Shown piece after piece: positions 9,919 to 19,423 of a stretch of 64,000 bases of DNA. Below the pieces are notes generated by a model. The model was given only the letters and a program-made list of their open reading frames with translations, was not told the origin of the DNA and searched no databases. Each line of letters begins with the position of its first letter. Within the stretch, counting starts at the first letter, position 1. Both the position numbers and the translations under genes were made by a program. Origin of the DNA: Clostridia bacterium (GTDB lineage: Bacteria > Bacillota > Clostridia > UBA1212 > DUPL01); contig JBMNIW010000005.1 of NCBI GenBank assembly GCA_050951325.1, positions 32,001 to 96,000 of the forward strand, in the 5' to 3' direction.

Positions 9919-11520
9919 ATGAAAAGGGTTTTAGTCTCAGTTGTCGTTATGGTTATGCTTTTTTTAGCGGGCTGCGGAGATTCAAATGATGTTAATACAA
10001 CGCCCCAACCAACGATGAATATTAATGAACCGATGCCGACTCCTGTAGGAGAATTAAAGGTAAAACCTGTCAGCGGTGGCACTGTGACATTGGGAGTTTC
10101 GAAGTTTCGAACCCTTAATCCTCTGGTAGCTGACAATGAGGATATGAAGCACTATTTAAATCTTGTTTACGATCCTCTTTTCAAACTTGACTTTCAGCAG
10201 AATGTTCTTCCTTGTCTTGCTGTCAGTGCAAAGACACAGGACAAGGGCATGTCATGGGAGATAAGTTTAAGGAAGGATGTTGTATGGCATGATGACAAGG
10301 CTTTTTCAGCTGCTGACTGCATTCATACAATTAATTTTCTTATGAAAAACGACAGCCTTTACAGTGCAAATGTGGCTAATATTGAAGAATGCACGCTTAT
10401 AGATGAATATACTTTCAGCATAAAGCTCAGGAAACCTGATATGTATGTTGCGGGAAAACTTACATTCCCGATTGTATCCGCAACTGCAACAGGAATTGAT
10501 AAGAATGCTGTAGGCACTTCCATGTACAGACATATTATTACGGAAGATAACAAGATGGTGCTTGTGGCAAATGACAAGTATTGGGGTAAAATGCCATATA
10601 TTGAAACTGTGGAAATCCACTTTTTTGACAATGAAAGGCTTAAATATGAGTCAAACTGTGATTTGTTGTTGTTGACAGGTTCCAATGTCACAAGGTATAT
10701 GAACAAGGCAGGATACATATCCTACAAATATACTGGAAGGAATTATGTATGTCTTGTTCCAAATTTAAGAACCAACAATGTGGCAATGGATGTGAATATT
10801 AGAAAAGCTCTTATGCACATTATTGACTTTGAGAGGGTAATTAATGCAAGCGTGTCGGGTAACGGCATAAAGGCTGCATGGCCGGTCATGCCTGGCACAA
10901 GATATACAAAGGAATCTTCCCACATGTATGAGAGGGATTTGAACAAAGCTGTGGAATACCTTGAAAGGGCCGGTTATCGAAAGCTGGATGACGGGTACTG
11001 GTATAAAGCGAGCGATACTCAAAGAAGATATCCACTGACGATTCCTGTCAATGTTTTGTCTGTTGACACGGAGATGCGTCTATGTGCGGAAAACATAAAA
11101 AAACAGGTCGAGGAAATTGGTATAATATTTTCAATTAACTATCAGACCGAGGCGGACTTTGAGACAGCTTTAACGAGCAACAATTTTTCATGTGCGCTCT
11201 TAAGTTTCTATATCGGATCCTGGCCAGATATTGAACCCTTGTTTGCAACGGAGGGAGTCATGAATCTTAGTGGATATACGAATGAAGAACTTGACGGTCT
11301 TTTGGCAGGTTTGTTTGAAAAGGACTCCATCCTGGATGATATGACCAGGATAAAGGGTATATTGGATGATGATCTTCCTATAATGGGTCTTTATATATCC
11401 CAGGAAGCAATAGTGATTTCAGAAAAGATATACGGCAAGGATGCAGAGTACAACTTCTGGAGTCTGTTGGACAATTTTGGAAACCTGCATATGTTTACTG
11501 AAGGGATTATAGAGGAATGA
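9919..11520 (+). CDS. ABC transporter substrate-binding lipoprotein (family 5, peptide/nickel-like)
   Basis: Lipobox LAGC, GGTVT...TLNPL, LVYDPLF, LRKDVVWHD, DLNKAVEYLERAGY. Confidence 0.85.
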   Translation: MKRVLVSVVVMVMLFLAGCGDSNDVNTTPQPTMNINEPMPTPVGELKVKPVSGGTVTLGVSKFRTLNPLVADNEDMKHYLNLVYDPLFKLDFQQNVLPCLAVSAKTQDKGMSWEISLRKDVVWHDDKAFSAADCIHTINFLMKNDSLYSANVANIEECTLIDEYTFSIKLRKPDMYVAGKLTFPIVSATATGIDKNAVGTSMYRHIITEDNKMVLVANDKYWGKMPYIETVEIHFFDNERLKYESNCDLLLLTGSNVTRYMNKAGYISYKYTGRNYVCLVPNLRTNNVAMDVNIRKALMHIIDFERVINASVSGNGIKAAWPVMPGTRYTKESSHMYERDLNKAVEYLERAGYRKLDDGYWYKASDTQRRYPLTIPVNVLSVDTEMRLCAENIKKQVEEIGIIFSINYQTEADFETALTSNNFSCALLSFYIGSWPDIEPLFATEGVMNLSGYTNEELDGLLAGLFEKDSILDDMTRIKGILDDDLPIMGLYISQEAIVISEKIYGKDAEYNFWSLLDNFGNLHMFTEGIIEE

Positions 11521-12068
11521 ATAAGTGGAGGAATGAGATGTTTTTTGTAGTTAGCATTCTGCTGATAATAGCGGATCAGATTTTCAAAATAATAGTTTCA
11601 TCAAGGATACCATATGGTAGCGGTATTGAAGTGATTCCAGGTTTTTTTGAACTGGTTTATTGGAAAAACACAGGGGCTGCCTGGGGAATATTTTCAGATG
11701 GAACTTTCTATCTTACGATAATATCCGCTGTTGCGTCTCTTGTAATTATTGCTTTGATACCTAAGGCTAGATCGTTGTTTTTAAAAACATCATTGTCTTT
11801 GATTCTTGCTGGAGCAGTAGGGAATCTGATTGACCGTGTAAGACTTGGCTATGTGGTAGATTTCTTGTCATTTGACATATTCGGATACGATTTTCCAGTA
11901 TTCAATTTAGCAGATATGTGCATCGTAATTGGATGTATTTTGATGATTATCTATGTATTATTCATACATAAGGAAAATCAGCCTTTGTTTAACAATTTTG
12001 TGTTTATTCAGAAGTTGAAGGTAAGAAGCAAAAAATCATCAGAAGAGGAAGATGCCGGTGTACAATAA
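11517..12068 (+). CDS. lspA: Lipoprotein signal peptidase II
   Basis: DQIFK, NTGAAWG, GAVGNLIDR, VVDF, FPVFNLAD. Confidence 0.96.
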   Translation: MNKWRNEMFFVVSILLIIADQIFKIIVSSRIPYGSGIEVIPGFFELVYWKNTGAAWGIFSDGTFYLTIISAVASLVIIALIPKARSLFLKTSLSLILAGAVGNLIDRVRLGYVVDFLSFDIFGYDFPVFNLADMCIVIGCILMIIYVLFIHKENQPLFNNFVFIQKLKVRSKKSSEEEDAGVQ

Positions 12069-12999
12069 TGACATGGAGGATATGGAATATATTGAAGCGG
12101 TAGTAAGTGCTGAATATCAGGGCGAAAGACTGGATGTTTTTCTAACCGAGTATTTGGCAGACTATTTTGATGCCATCAGTAGAAGCTATGTACAGAAACT
12201 CATAAAAGATGGGCTTGTAACAAGAAAGGGAAAAGTTGTCAAGGCAAACGAAAAGGTCAAGGAAAATGACCTTTTCGATGTTCAATTCAAGGAGCCTGCG
12301 GAGCTGGAGGCAAAACCTGAGAACATACCCGTTGAAATAGTTTATGAAGATGAAGATATTGTGGTGGTTAACAAGGAGAGGGGAATGGTGGTACATCCTG
12401 CGGCTGGCAACCATTCAGGAACCTTGGTTAATGCTCTTTTGTATCACTGCAAGGATCTGTCGGATATTGGAGGTACCATAAGACCGGGTATTGTGCACAG
12501 GCTTGACAAGGATACCACTGGTCTCATGGTGGTGGCCAAGAACAATATGTCCCATTTGTTTTTGTCGAGTGAAATAAAGGAGAGACGGGTTACAAGAAAA
12601 TACATGGCTCTGGTGGAGGGACAGGTTATGGAAAACAAAGGCCATATAGATGCGCCAATTGGAAGACACAAGACTGATAGAAAGAAAATGGCGGTTGATG
12701 TCAGGAATGGCAAGGAGGCAAGAACTTATTATACTGTAATAGAAAGGTATAATGAGTTTACACTGCTGGAGTGTACATTGGAAACAGGCAGAACCCACCA
12801 GATAAGAGTGCATCTTTCATATATTGGGTATCCGGTTGTAGGAGATCCCGTGTATGGCAGAAAGGACACAAGAGGAATGCCTGGACAGCTCCTGCATGCA
12901 TACAATTTGGAGTTTGTACATCCGAGGACGAAGGAGTTCATGAGCTTTAAAAGCGATATGCCGAAGGAGTTTTACGAGCTTTTGAATAAATTTGACTGA
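12052..12999 (+). CDS. rluD: RluA-family (RluD-like) pseudouridine synthase
   Basis: S4 domain, NKERGMVVHP, GIVHRLDKDT, LETGRTHQIRVH. An alternative start at ATG 12082 is possible. Confidence 0.92.
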   Translation: MPVYNNDMEDMEYIEAVVSAEYQGERLDVFLTEYLADYFDAISRSYVQKLIKDGLVTRKGKVVKANEKVKENDLFDVQFKEPAELEAKPENIPVEIVYEDEDIVVVNKERGMVVHPAAGNHSGTLVNALLYHCKDLSDIGGTIRPGIVHRLDKDTTGLMVVAKNNMSHLFLSSEIKERRVTRKYMALVEGQVMENKGHIDAPIGRHKTDRKKMAVDVRNGKEARTYYTVIERYNEFTLLECTLETGRTHQIRVHLSYIGYPVVGDPVYGRKDTRGMPGQLLHAYNLEFVHPRTKEFMSFKSDMPKEFYELLNKFD

Positions 13000-13026
13000 T
13001 AAATTTTATTATGATAAAATTTATTA
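12992..13026 (+). promoter_or_regulatory. sigma-A promoter overlapped by a tandem 15-bp palindromic repeat
   Basis: TTGACT-N17-TAAAAT with TG extension. TGATAAATTTTATTA and TGATAAAATTTATTA lie in tandem at 12997-13026. Confidence 0.65.
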
Positions 13027-13027
13027 T

Positions 13028-13726
13028 ATGGATATACATTCTAAAAGAGATATTGGCAGGGAATATATATCCAAACTGGAGCTTCTTGGAACCATGCATA
13101 TTACCAGCAGTCAGTTATACAGCTGGAAAAGAAAAGGACTTATACCCAAGGAGTGGTTCGTGAAAAAGGTGACCCGGACTGGGCAAATAACTGTTTTCCC
13201 CCGGAAATTGATTGTAACCAGGATAAGGGACATACTTAGGTACAAGGAGAAATACAGTTTGGATAAAGTGGAGAAGCTAATATCCCCCGAAACAACAAAC
13301 AGAAGGTTTTCCTTGGGTGAGATCTTACGAATAAAGGAAATAAATCCTGATATATTGGATGAAAACAAGACAAATTTTACATATACCGAGATTTTGGTTT
13401 TGATTGTATTAACAGATTTTCAAAAAAAGATAAAAGCAACCGGCATTGTTGTCTCAGAATTGATTGACATTCTTTTTGATGTTGAGATAAGGGTTGAGAC
13501 TGATACGGTTGTTATTGCAGAATACAAAGGTGAATATTTTTCAATAATAACCGTGGATGACAATGTGTACATCCCTGATTCTGGTTGCAGAATTGTATGT
13601 AGATACAACATGTGTGAAGTTTCGGAAGAATTCAAGAAAAAGTATGAAAGTATGCTTGTAGTAGATAGGGAAGAAATGGTAAGAAAATGTATTGAGACAA
13701 TTACAAAAGAAATAGGAGGTGAATAA
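13028..13726 (+). CDS. DUF4004/YhbD-family protein (MerR-like HTH N-terminus)
   Basis: ISKLELL...ITSSQLYSWKRKGLIPKEWF...TGQITVFPR matches the YhbD family as I recall it. Start placed at ATG 13028. Confidence 0.75.
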   Translation: MDIHSKRDIGREYISKLELLGTMHITSSQLYSWKRKGLIPKEWFVKKVTRTGQITVFPRKLIVTRIRDILRYKEKYSLDKVEKLISPETTNRRFSLGEILRIKEINPDILDENKTNFTYTEILVLIVLTDFQKKIKATGIVVSELIDILFDVEIRVETDTVVIAEYKGEYFSIITVDDNVYIPDSGCRIVCRYNMCEVSEEFKKKYESMLVVDREEMVRKCIETITKEIGGE

Positions 13727-14416
13727 ATGCCTTATTTTTTCATTGACTACTGGTATGTAGTGCTGGTGCTTCCTGTTTTGGTGGCATCAATGATAATACA
13801 AGTAAAACTGCAGTCCACATACAACCGCTATTCGCAGGTAAGAAGCAGAAGTGGGTATACAGGAGCACAAATAGCTGAAAAGGTTCTGAGGGAAAACGGC
13901 ATATATGATGTAAGGGTGGAACACGTAAGAGGAAATCTGACAGACCATTATAGTCCTAAGGAGAATGTAATTAGGCTGTCGGATGGTGTATACAACAGTA
14001 CAAGTGTAGCTGCTCTGGGAATTGCCTGTCATGAGGTAGGTCATGCTATTCAGTATCATCGAAATTATGCGCCAATTATGGTACGCAATGCGTTTGTTCC
14101 TGTTGCAAACATCGGTTCAATGATTTCCTGGCCTCTGGTTCTTATAGGGTTGGTTATGGGATTTGGACAACTTGTTACCATTGGAATTGTTTTGTTTGCA
14201 AGTGTTGCTTTGTTCCAGTTGATCACACTTCCTGTTGAGTTGAATGCTTCCAGAAGGGCCATACAGGCGCTCGACAGAGGTATTCTTGACCAGGCTGAAC
14301 TTAACGGGACTAAAAGGGTTTTATGGGCTGCTGCCATGACGTATGTTGCCGCATTGGCGCTTTCAATCGCACAGCTTTTGAGACTGCTTCTTTTGACAAG
14401 AGGCCGCAGGGATTAG
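13727..14416 (+). CDS. YugP-like membrane zinc metallopeptidase
   Basis: LTDHY, ACHEVGHAIQ (HExxH), TLPVELNASRRA, AAAMTYVA. Confidence 0.92.
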   Translation: MPYFFIDYWYVVLVLPVLVASMIIQVKLQSTYNRYSQVRSRSGYTGAQIAEKVLRENGIYDVRVEHVRGNLTDHYSPKENVIRLSDGVYNSTSVAALGIACHEVGHAIQYHRNYAPIMVRNAFVPVANIGSMISWPLVLIGLVMGFGQLVTIGIVLFASVALFQLITLPVELNASRRAIQALDRGILDQAELNGTKRVLWAAAMTYVAALALSIAQLLRLLLLTRGRRD

Positions 14417-14435
14417 ATTTTGAATAAGGATAAAG

Positions 14436-14471
14436 GCAGGCTGGATTAAACAATCCAGCTTGTTTTTTTTT
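14436..14471 (+). terminator. Rho-independent terminator
   Basis: GCAGGCTGGATT-AAAC-AATCCAGCTTGT plus a T-run. Confidence 0.8.
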
Positions 14472-14483
14472 GGAATCCTCCAC

Positions 14484-14550
14484 TTGACACACATTTAAGT
14501 TTACATTATTATATTCTAAATTGCTTGCAAGCAGTTGCTTGAAAGCAATT
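14484..14550 (+). promoter_or_regulatory. sigma-A promoter plus tandem palindromes upstream of the serine operon
   Basis: TTGACA-N17-TATTAT, then TGCTTGCAAGCA (14522-14533) and TGCTTGAAAGCA (14536-14547). Confidence 0.7.
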
Positions 14551-14601
14551 CATGCTAAATAGCCATTTACATGGCATTTCTTATTACAGGAGGCTATCTG
14601 A

Positions 14602-15759
14602 ATGACAACTGAAAAACTGCTGATGACACCAGGTCCTACCATGTTGCCGCCTAGCGTTCTTGAAGTAATGCGACGGCAAATTATTCATCATAGGACAAAA
14701 GATTTTGAACAAACATTAGATGCATTGCAGCAAGGTTTAAAACATGTTTATGGAACTAAACAAGTTGTAATTACTCTCGCTTCGTCAGGGTCGGGGGCAA
14801 TGGAGGCTTGTGTATCCAATTTGTTTTCCGTTAACGACAAAGTATTGGCAGTTAGCATAGGGAATTTTGGAGACAGGTTTGCAAAGATAGCACAATGCTT
14901 TGGCCTTGATGTCATAAGACTGGATTATGAATGGGGCAAGGCTGCTGTCAAGGAAGATATTAAGGCAATACTTGACAAGGAAAAGGATATCAAAGGTATC
15001 CTTATAACTCACAATGAGACTTCAACAGGAGTTTCAAATGATATAAAGGCAATAAGCGAACTTACAAGAGATACTGATATATTATTGTGCGTGGACGCAA
15101 TCAGCGCTCTTGGAGGTCTTGAAATGCGTTTTGACGAATGGGGTATTGACTGTGTTGTTGCAGGTTCCCAGAAAGCATTAATGGCACCTCCCGGGCTTGG
15201 TTTTATTGCGCTAAGTGAAAAGGCATGGAATGCTGCAAAAAGCAGCAATATTCCCAAATTCTATTTTGACTTGAAAAAATACAAAGCTGGAATAGAGGGA
15301 TTGGGAGCAAATCCTCCATACACTCCAGCCATAACAACAATGATGGCACAAGCCGAGGCACTAAAACTTATAATGGAAGAGGGGCTCGAGAATATATATG
15401 AAAGGCATAGAAGGCTAGCCCTTGCAACCCAGAAGGGGGTAAAAGCCCTGGGACTTGAACTTCTGCCTGATGAAAAGGATTCATCGTATATAATTACGGC
15501 TGTAAGGGCGCCTGAGGGAATCAATATTAAAAACGTCATAAACAGGATGAACAATGAGTTTGATATAATGATAACAGGCGGCCAGGGCAAGCTGAAGGGT
15601 AATATCTTCAGGATAGGCCACTGTGGTTATTGTTCTGGTACGGATATTATTAAGACTTTCTCGGCCCTTGAGATATGCCTGGAGAAGGAAGGATACAAGT
15701 TTGAAAGTGGTATGGCAGTTAAGGCAATACAAAATGAACTTAGAGGAGAGAGAATATGA
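14602..15759 (+). CDS. Class V PLP aminotransferase (alanine-glyoxylate/serine-pyruvate family), probable phosphoserine aminotransferase role
   Basis: LMTPGPT, THNETSTGV, VDAISALG, GSQKALMAPPG, FRIGH. Coupled to serA. Confidence 0.88.
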   Translation: MTTEKLLMTPGPTMLPPSVLEVMRRQIIHHRTKDFEQTLDALQQGLKHVYGTKQVVITLASSGSGAMEACVSNLFSVNDKVLAVSIGNFGDRFAKIAQCFGLDVIRLDYEWGKAAVKEDIKAILDKEKDIKGILITHNETSTGVSNDIKAISELTRDTDILLCVDAISALGGLEMRFDEWGIDCVVAGSQKALMAPPGLGFIALSEKAWNAAKSSNIPKFYFDLKKYKAGIEGLGANPPYTPAITTMMAQAEALKLIMEEGLENIYERHRRLALATQKGVKALGLELLPDEKDSSYIITAVRAPEGINIKNVINRMNNEFDIMITGGQGKLKGNIFRIGHCGYCSGTDIIKTFSALEICLEKEGYKFESGMAVKAIQNELRGERI

Positions 15760-17360
15760 GGATTATTGTAACAGAGAGCATAGCTGAAGAAGGTATACAG
15801 TATTTAATAGACAATGGTTTTGATGTTGATGTAAGATTCGGCATTGACAGGGAGGAACTTCTTTCTGTTATTGAAAATTATGATGCAATAATCATTAGAA
15901 GTGTAACCAAGATAGATGACGAGCTTTTGGAGAAAGCGAAAAACTTGAAGGTTGTTGGAAGAGCAGGCAATGGCGTTGACAATATAAAGCTTGGCAGCTG
16001 TACAAAGAGAGGTATCATTGTTGTAAATACTCCAGAATCAAATATTATGGCTGCTGCGGAACTGGCAGTTGGTCTTGCTTTTGCTGTCTTCAGGAATATT
16101 GTGCAGGCGGTATCCGCAGGCAGAAACAATGATTTCAGAAGGGGCAACTTTATAGGCAATGAGCTTGACGGCAAAGTTGCCGGCATCGTCGGTCTTGGAC
16201 GAATTGGATCCATAGTAGCAAGAAAGCTTTTAGGTTGCAACATGAAGGTTGTTGCCTACGACCCATATATTACTGAAGAGCGCTTCAACAAAATGGGCGT
16301 AGTAAGATGCGAGACATTGGAAGATCTTTTAAAACAGTCTGATTTGATAACTATTCATACTCCAAAAACAAATGAAACTTACGGCATGATAGCTGATAAG
16401 GAACTTGCCATGTGCAAGGACGGTGTCAGGATTGTCAATGCAGCAAGAGGCGGCATTGTCGATGAAAAGGCCTTGTATGACGCTTTGTTATCCGGAAAAG
16501 TGGCTGCAGCTGCTCTTGACGTTTTGGATCCTGAACCAAACTACAACCTTCCACCCGAGAAGCAGACGTATACAAATCCGCTGCTTTCCTTGGACAACTG
16601 TATTTGCACGCCACACCTTGGTGCATCCACCCAGGAAGCAAACTTTAACGTAGGAACCGCAGTGGCGGAGCTGGTAGGAAGAGCATTAAAGGGAGAAGTT
16701 GTGCCGGCTGTCAACATGCCTCCTTTGAAGGCTGTTGACATGGAGGAAATCAGACCATATATTGATATGGCAATAATGCTCGGCAAGATTTACTACCAGG
16801 CGGAGAAAAAACGTGTTAGAAGGATAGAAATCACATACAAAGGTGATTTGGCTGACAAGGATACGGAGATCTTTACTCTGTCGGTAATCAAGGGCTTTTT
16901 GCAGCCGATAATTGAAACTCCAGTAAACTACGTTAATGCATACCATCTGCTTGAGTCAATGGGGGTAGAGCTTGTGGTAAGCAAGTCCACAAAGCTTCAC
17001 AAATACACAAACCTCATAAGTGTGAATTTCGTAACAAGTGACAAGGAGCTCAGTGTGGCAGGAACAGTATTCGCCAAGGAAGAGATAAGGCTTGTTGATT
17101 TCTTTGGATACAAACTGGACTTTGAGCCTTCGGAGAATGTTTTGGCAATACACAACAAGGATGTACCCGGTATGATAGGCAAGATTGGAACCATTCTTGG
17201 AGAGTCTGGAATCAACATTGCTGCAATGCAGTGGAGCAGGAAAGAGCGTGGCGACAAGGCGGAGGCTTTTGTGAGTGTTGATCAGGAAGTACCTGATAAT
17301 GTTGTTGATAAAATCAAACAGCTTGAAGGGGTACTTAAAGTATCAAGATTGAGTTTCTAA
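15756..17360 (+). CDS. serA: D-3-phosphoglycerate dehydrogenase with ASB and ACT domains
   Basis: GRAGNGVDNI, GLGRIG, NAARGG, TPHLGASTQEA, C-terminal ACT DVPGMIGKIG. Confidence 0.95.
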   Translation: MRIIVTESIAEEGIQYLIDNGFDVDVRFGIDREELLSVIENYDAIIIRSVTKIDDELLEKAKNLKVVGRAGNGVDNIKLGSCTKRGIIVVNTPESNIMAAAELAVGLAFAVFRNIVQAVSAGRNNDFRRGNFIGNELDGKVAGIVGLGRIGSIVARKLLGCNMKVVAYDPYITEERFNKMGVVRCETLEDLLKQSDLITIHTPKTNETYGMIADKELAMCKDGVRIVNAARGGIVDEKALYDALLSGKVAAAALDVLDPEPNYNLPPEKQTYTNPLLSLDNCICTPHLGASTQEANFNVGTAVAELVGRALKGEVVPAVNMPPLKAVDMEEIRPYIDMAIMLGKIYYQAEKKRVRRIEITYKGDLADKDTEIFTLSVIKGFLQPIIETPVNYVNAYHLLESMGVELVVSKSTKLHKYTNLISVNFVTSDKELSVAGTVFAKEEIRLVDFFGYKLDFEPSENVLAIHNKDVPGMIGKIGTILGESGINIAAMQWSRKERGDKAEAFVSVDQEVPDNVVDKIKQLEGVLKVSRLSF

Positions 17361-17361
17361 A

Positions 17362-18351
17362 ATGACAATTGCAAGTATTAGCATATCGGATATAATTACG
17401 CAGACGCTGATTCTGTTCTTATTAATAGGTTTGGGATACCTGTTTGCAAAAACAAAATACCTGCCCGAGTCCAGCGGGGTGGTATTGTCCAAACTGGTTA
17501 TAAAAGTTGCCATGCCCGCCACGATTCTAGTTAAGATGCTTGGGGCGGACTTTACCAGAGAGGATTACATAAACGGAATATACATTTATGTTTTTGCAAT
17601 CATATTCCTTTTGTTGACGCTTGGCATTTCGTTGTTTGCATCAAGAGTCATGAAGTTGTCAGATAAAACTGAAGGTGTCTATGCAATCCAGGCCATGTTT
17701 GGAAACGTGGCGTTCTTTGCACTTCCGCTTTTCCTGGTTTTGTTCGGCGAGGAAGGAGTTATTTATGCCATGTTTTTCAACATGGGAAACGACACCCTTC
17801 TTTGGTCCGTAGGCATCTTTATGGTTAACAGACACAAGGAAAGAGATATCAAGAAGAACCTAAAGCACATGATAAACGCCAACACAATAGCCTTTGTTCT
17901 CGGAATTCTGCTTATGGTGACAGGTTTAAATCAGGTGCTGCTTGATTCAAAATACTTCTTCAGCGTGTACAGTACCATAGATTATGTGGCAAGCATTACA
18001 ACTCCAATGTCGATGATATTCATAGGATTCATACTGGCAGGTATAAAGCTGAATGTGGGTGATTTTAAGAAGAAGGTTCCTATTCTTGTTTTGTCTTTTC
18101 AGAGACTGTTGTTGGTTCCGTTTTTATCCATGGCGGTGTTTGCACTGCTTGACGGTTTTGGCTTAATATCGGAATCTGTTGTATTGATAACTGTTTTGCA
18201 GCTGGCAATGCCTATTGGTACATTAACCGCATCTCTTGCCATGGAATATGAAAGCGATTATTTCTTTGCCACGGAATCGGTATTCATATCAACTTTGTTA
18301 AGTATTCTAACCCTTCCATTGATATCAGTATTGCTAAAAATTATATTTTAA
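17362..18351 (+). CDS. AEC (auxin efflux carrier)-family transporter
   Basis: About 10 TM helices, FGNVAFFALP, TTPMSMIFIG, AMP, STLLSILTLP. Confidence 0.88.
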   Translation: MTIASISISDIITQTLILFLLIGLGYLFAKTKYLPESSGVVLSKLVIKVAMPATILVKMLGADFTREDYINGIYIYVFAIIFLLLTLGISLFASRVMKLSDKTEGVYAIQAMFGNVAFFALPLFLVLFGEEGVIYAMFFNMGNDTLLWSVGIFMVNRHKERDIKKNLKHMINANTIAFVLGILLMVTGLNQVLLDSKYFFSVYSTIDYVASITTPMSMIFIGFILAGIKLNVGDFKKKVPILVLSFQRLLLVPFLSMAVFALLDGFGLISESVVLITVLQLAMPIGTLTASLAMEYESDYFFATESVFISTLLSILTLPLISVLLKIIF

Positions 18352-18355
18352 TAGC

Positions 18356-18392
18356 AAAACCGGTAATGAAAATATTAATCATTACCGGTTTT
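18356..18392 (+). terminator. Terminator hairpin
   Basis: AAAACCGGTAATGA...TCATTACCGGTTTT. Confidence 0.75.
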
Positions 18393-18451
18393 CTTGTTGA
18401 AATAATTAACAGAACCGATATAATATAGATATAAAGATTTGGGAGGAAGTC

Positions 18452-19396
18452 ATGAAAATTAAAGGTTTTGTCAAAATTCTAATTGTTTTCACAGTCATAA
18501 CACTTGCTTTATGCATGTTGGTATCCTGTGCTCCCAACAAAAAAACTCAGCAAGATTCGGGAGCTTTTTTCTGGGAAGTGACGGATGGTGATGGCAAGAA
18601 GTTGTATCTGTTGGGCTCGATTCATGTTGCTGATGATGATATCTATCCTTTTAGCGATGTGATTGTGAATGCGTTCAATGAAAGCTCTGCATTGGCAGTG
18701 GAGGTGGATATTGACGCTCTTGAAAAGGATGTGCAAATGCAAATAGAGGTTTTGCAATATTTCATGTATGACGATGGTTCCACAATAGAAGACCATATTG
18801 ATGAAGAGCTGTTCGAAAGAGCAAAACAGTATCTTGTGGAACGAGATATGTACAGTGAAACCTACCTGCTTTTGAAACCAATATTCTGGGCTGAGCTGCT
18901 AAGCCAGACTGCTGCTGAAAAAACAGGACTCTCTTTTGAAAAGGGTGTTGACATGTATTTCTTGAAAGCGGCAAAGAAGGCCAAGAAGGATATTCTGGAA
19001 GTTGAGTCTGCTGTTGATCAGGCAAGTGCCATGGCAACCCTCAGCGACAATCTGCAGGCGTTTTACCTAGAGGATACGCTGAACAATGTCGGCAATCTGG
19101 TAAAGGAGACCTTGGATTTGTATGAGCTTTGGAAGGAAGCTGATGTAGAGAAGCTTGAGAAATATGTTTACAACGAGGATAAGAAAAAGGCCTTGTCGGA
19201 TGAACAGTTGGAGGTATTCAATGAGTTTGAGAAGGTCATGATTGTTGACAGAAACAAACACATGGTTGAGAAAGCTGTAGAATACATAAATAGCGGAAAA
19301 ACAGTCTTTTATGTAGTTGGTGCAGCTCACATGGTAGGTGATAGCGGACTGGTTAATCAATTGGAGATGAAGGGATACAAGGTAGTCAAAAGATAA
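18452..19396 (+). CDS. TraB/GumN-family lipoprotein
   Basis: Lipobox LVSC, LYLLGSIH, LAVEVD, GVD, RN..M, FYVVGAAH. Confidence 0.88.
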   Translation: MKIKGFVKILIVFTVITLALCMLVSCAPNKKTQQDSGAFFWEVTDGDGKKLYLLGSIHVADDDIYPFSDVIVNAFNESSALAVEVDIDALEKDVQMQIEVLQYFMYDDGSTIEDHIDEELFERAKQYLVERDMYSETYLLLKPIFWAELLSQTAAEKTGLSFEKGVDMYFLKAAKKAKKDILEVESAVDQASAMATLSDNLQAFYLEDTLNNVGNLVKETLDLYELWKEADVEKLEKYVYNEDKKKALSDEQLEVFNEFEKVMIVDRNKHMVEKAVEYINSGKTVFYVVGAAHMVGDSGLVNQLEMKGYKVVKR

Positions 19397-19423
19397 ATCT
19401 GAAAGGGAATTGATTAAAGTAAT

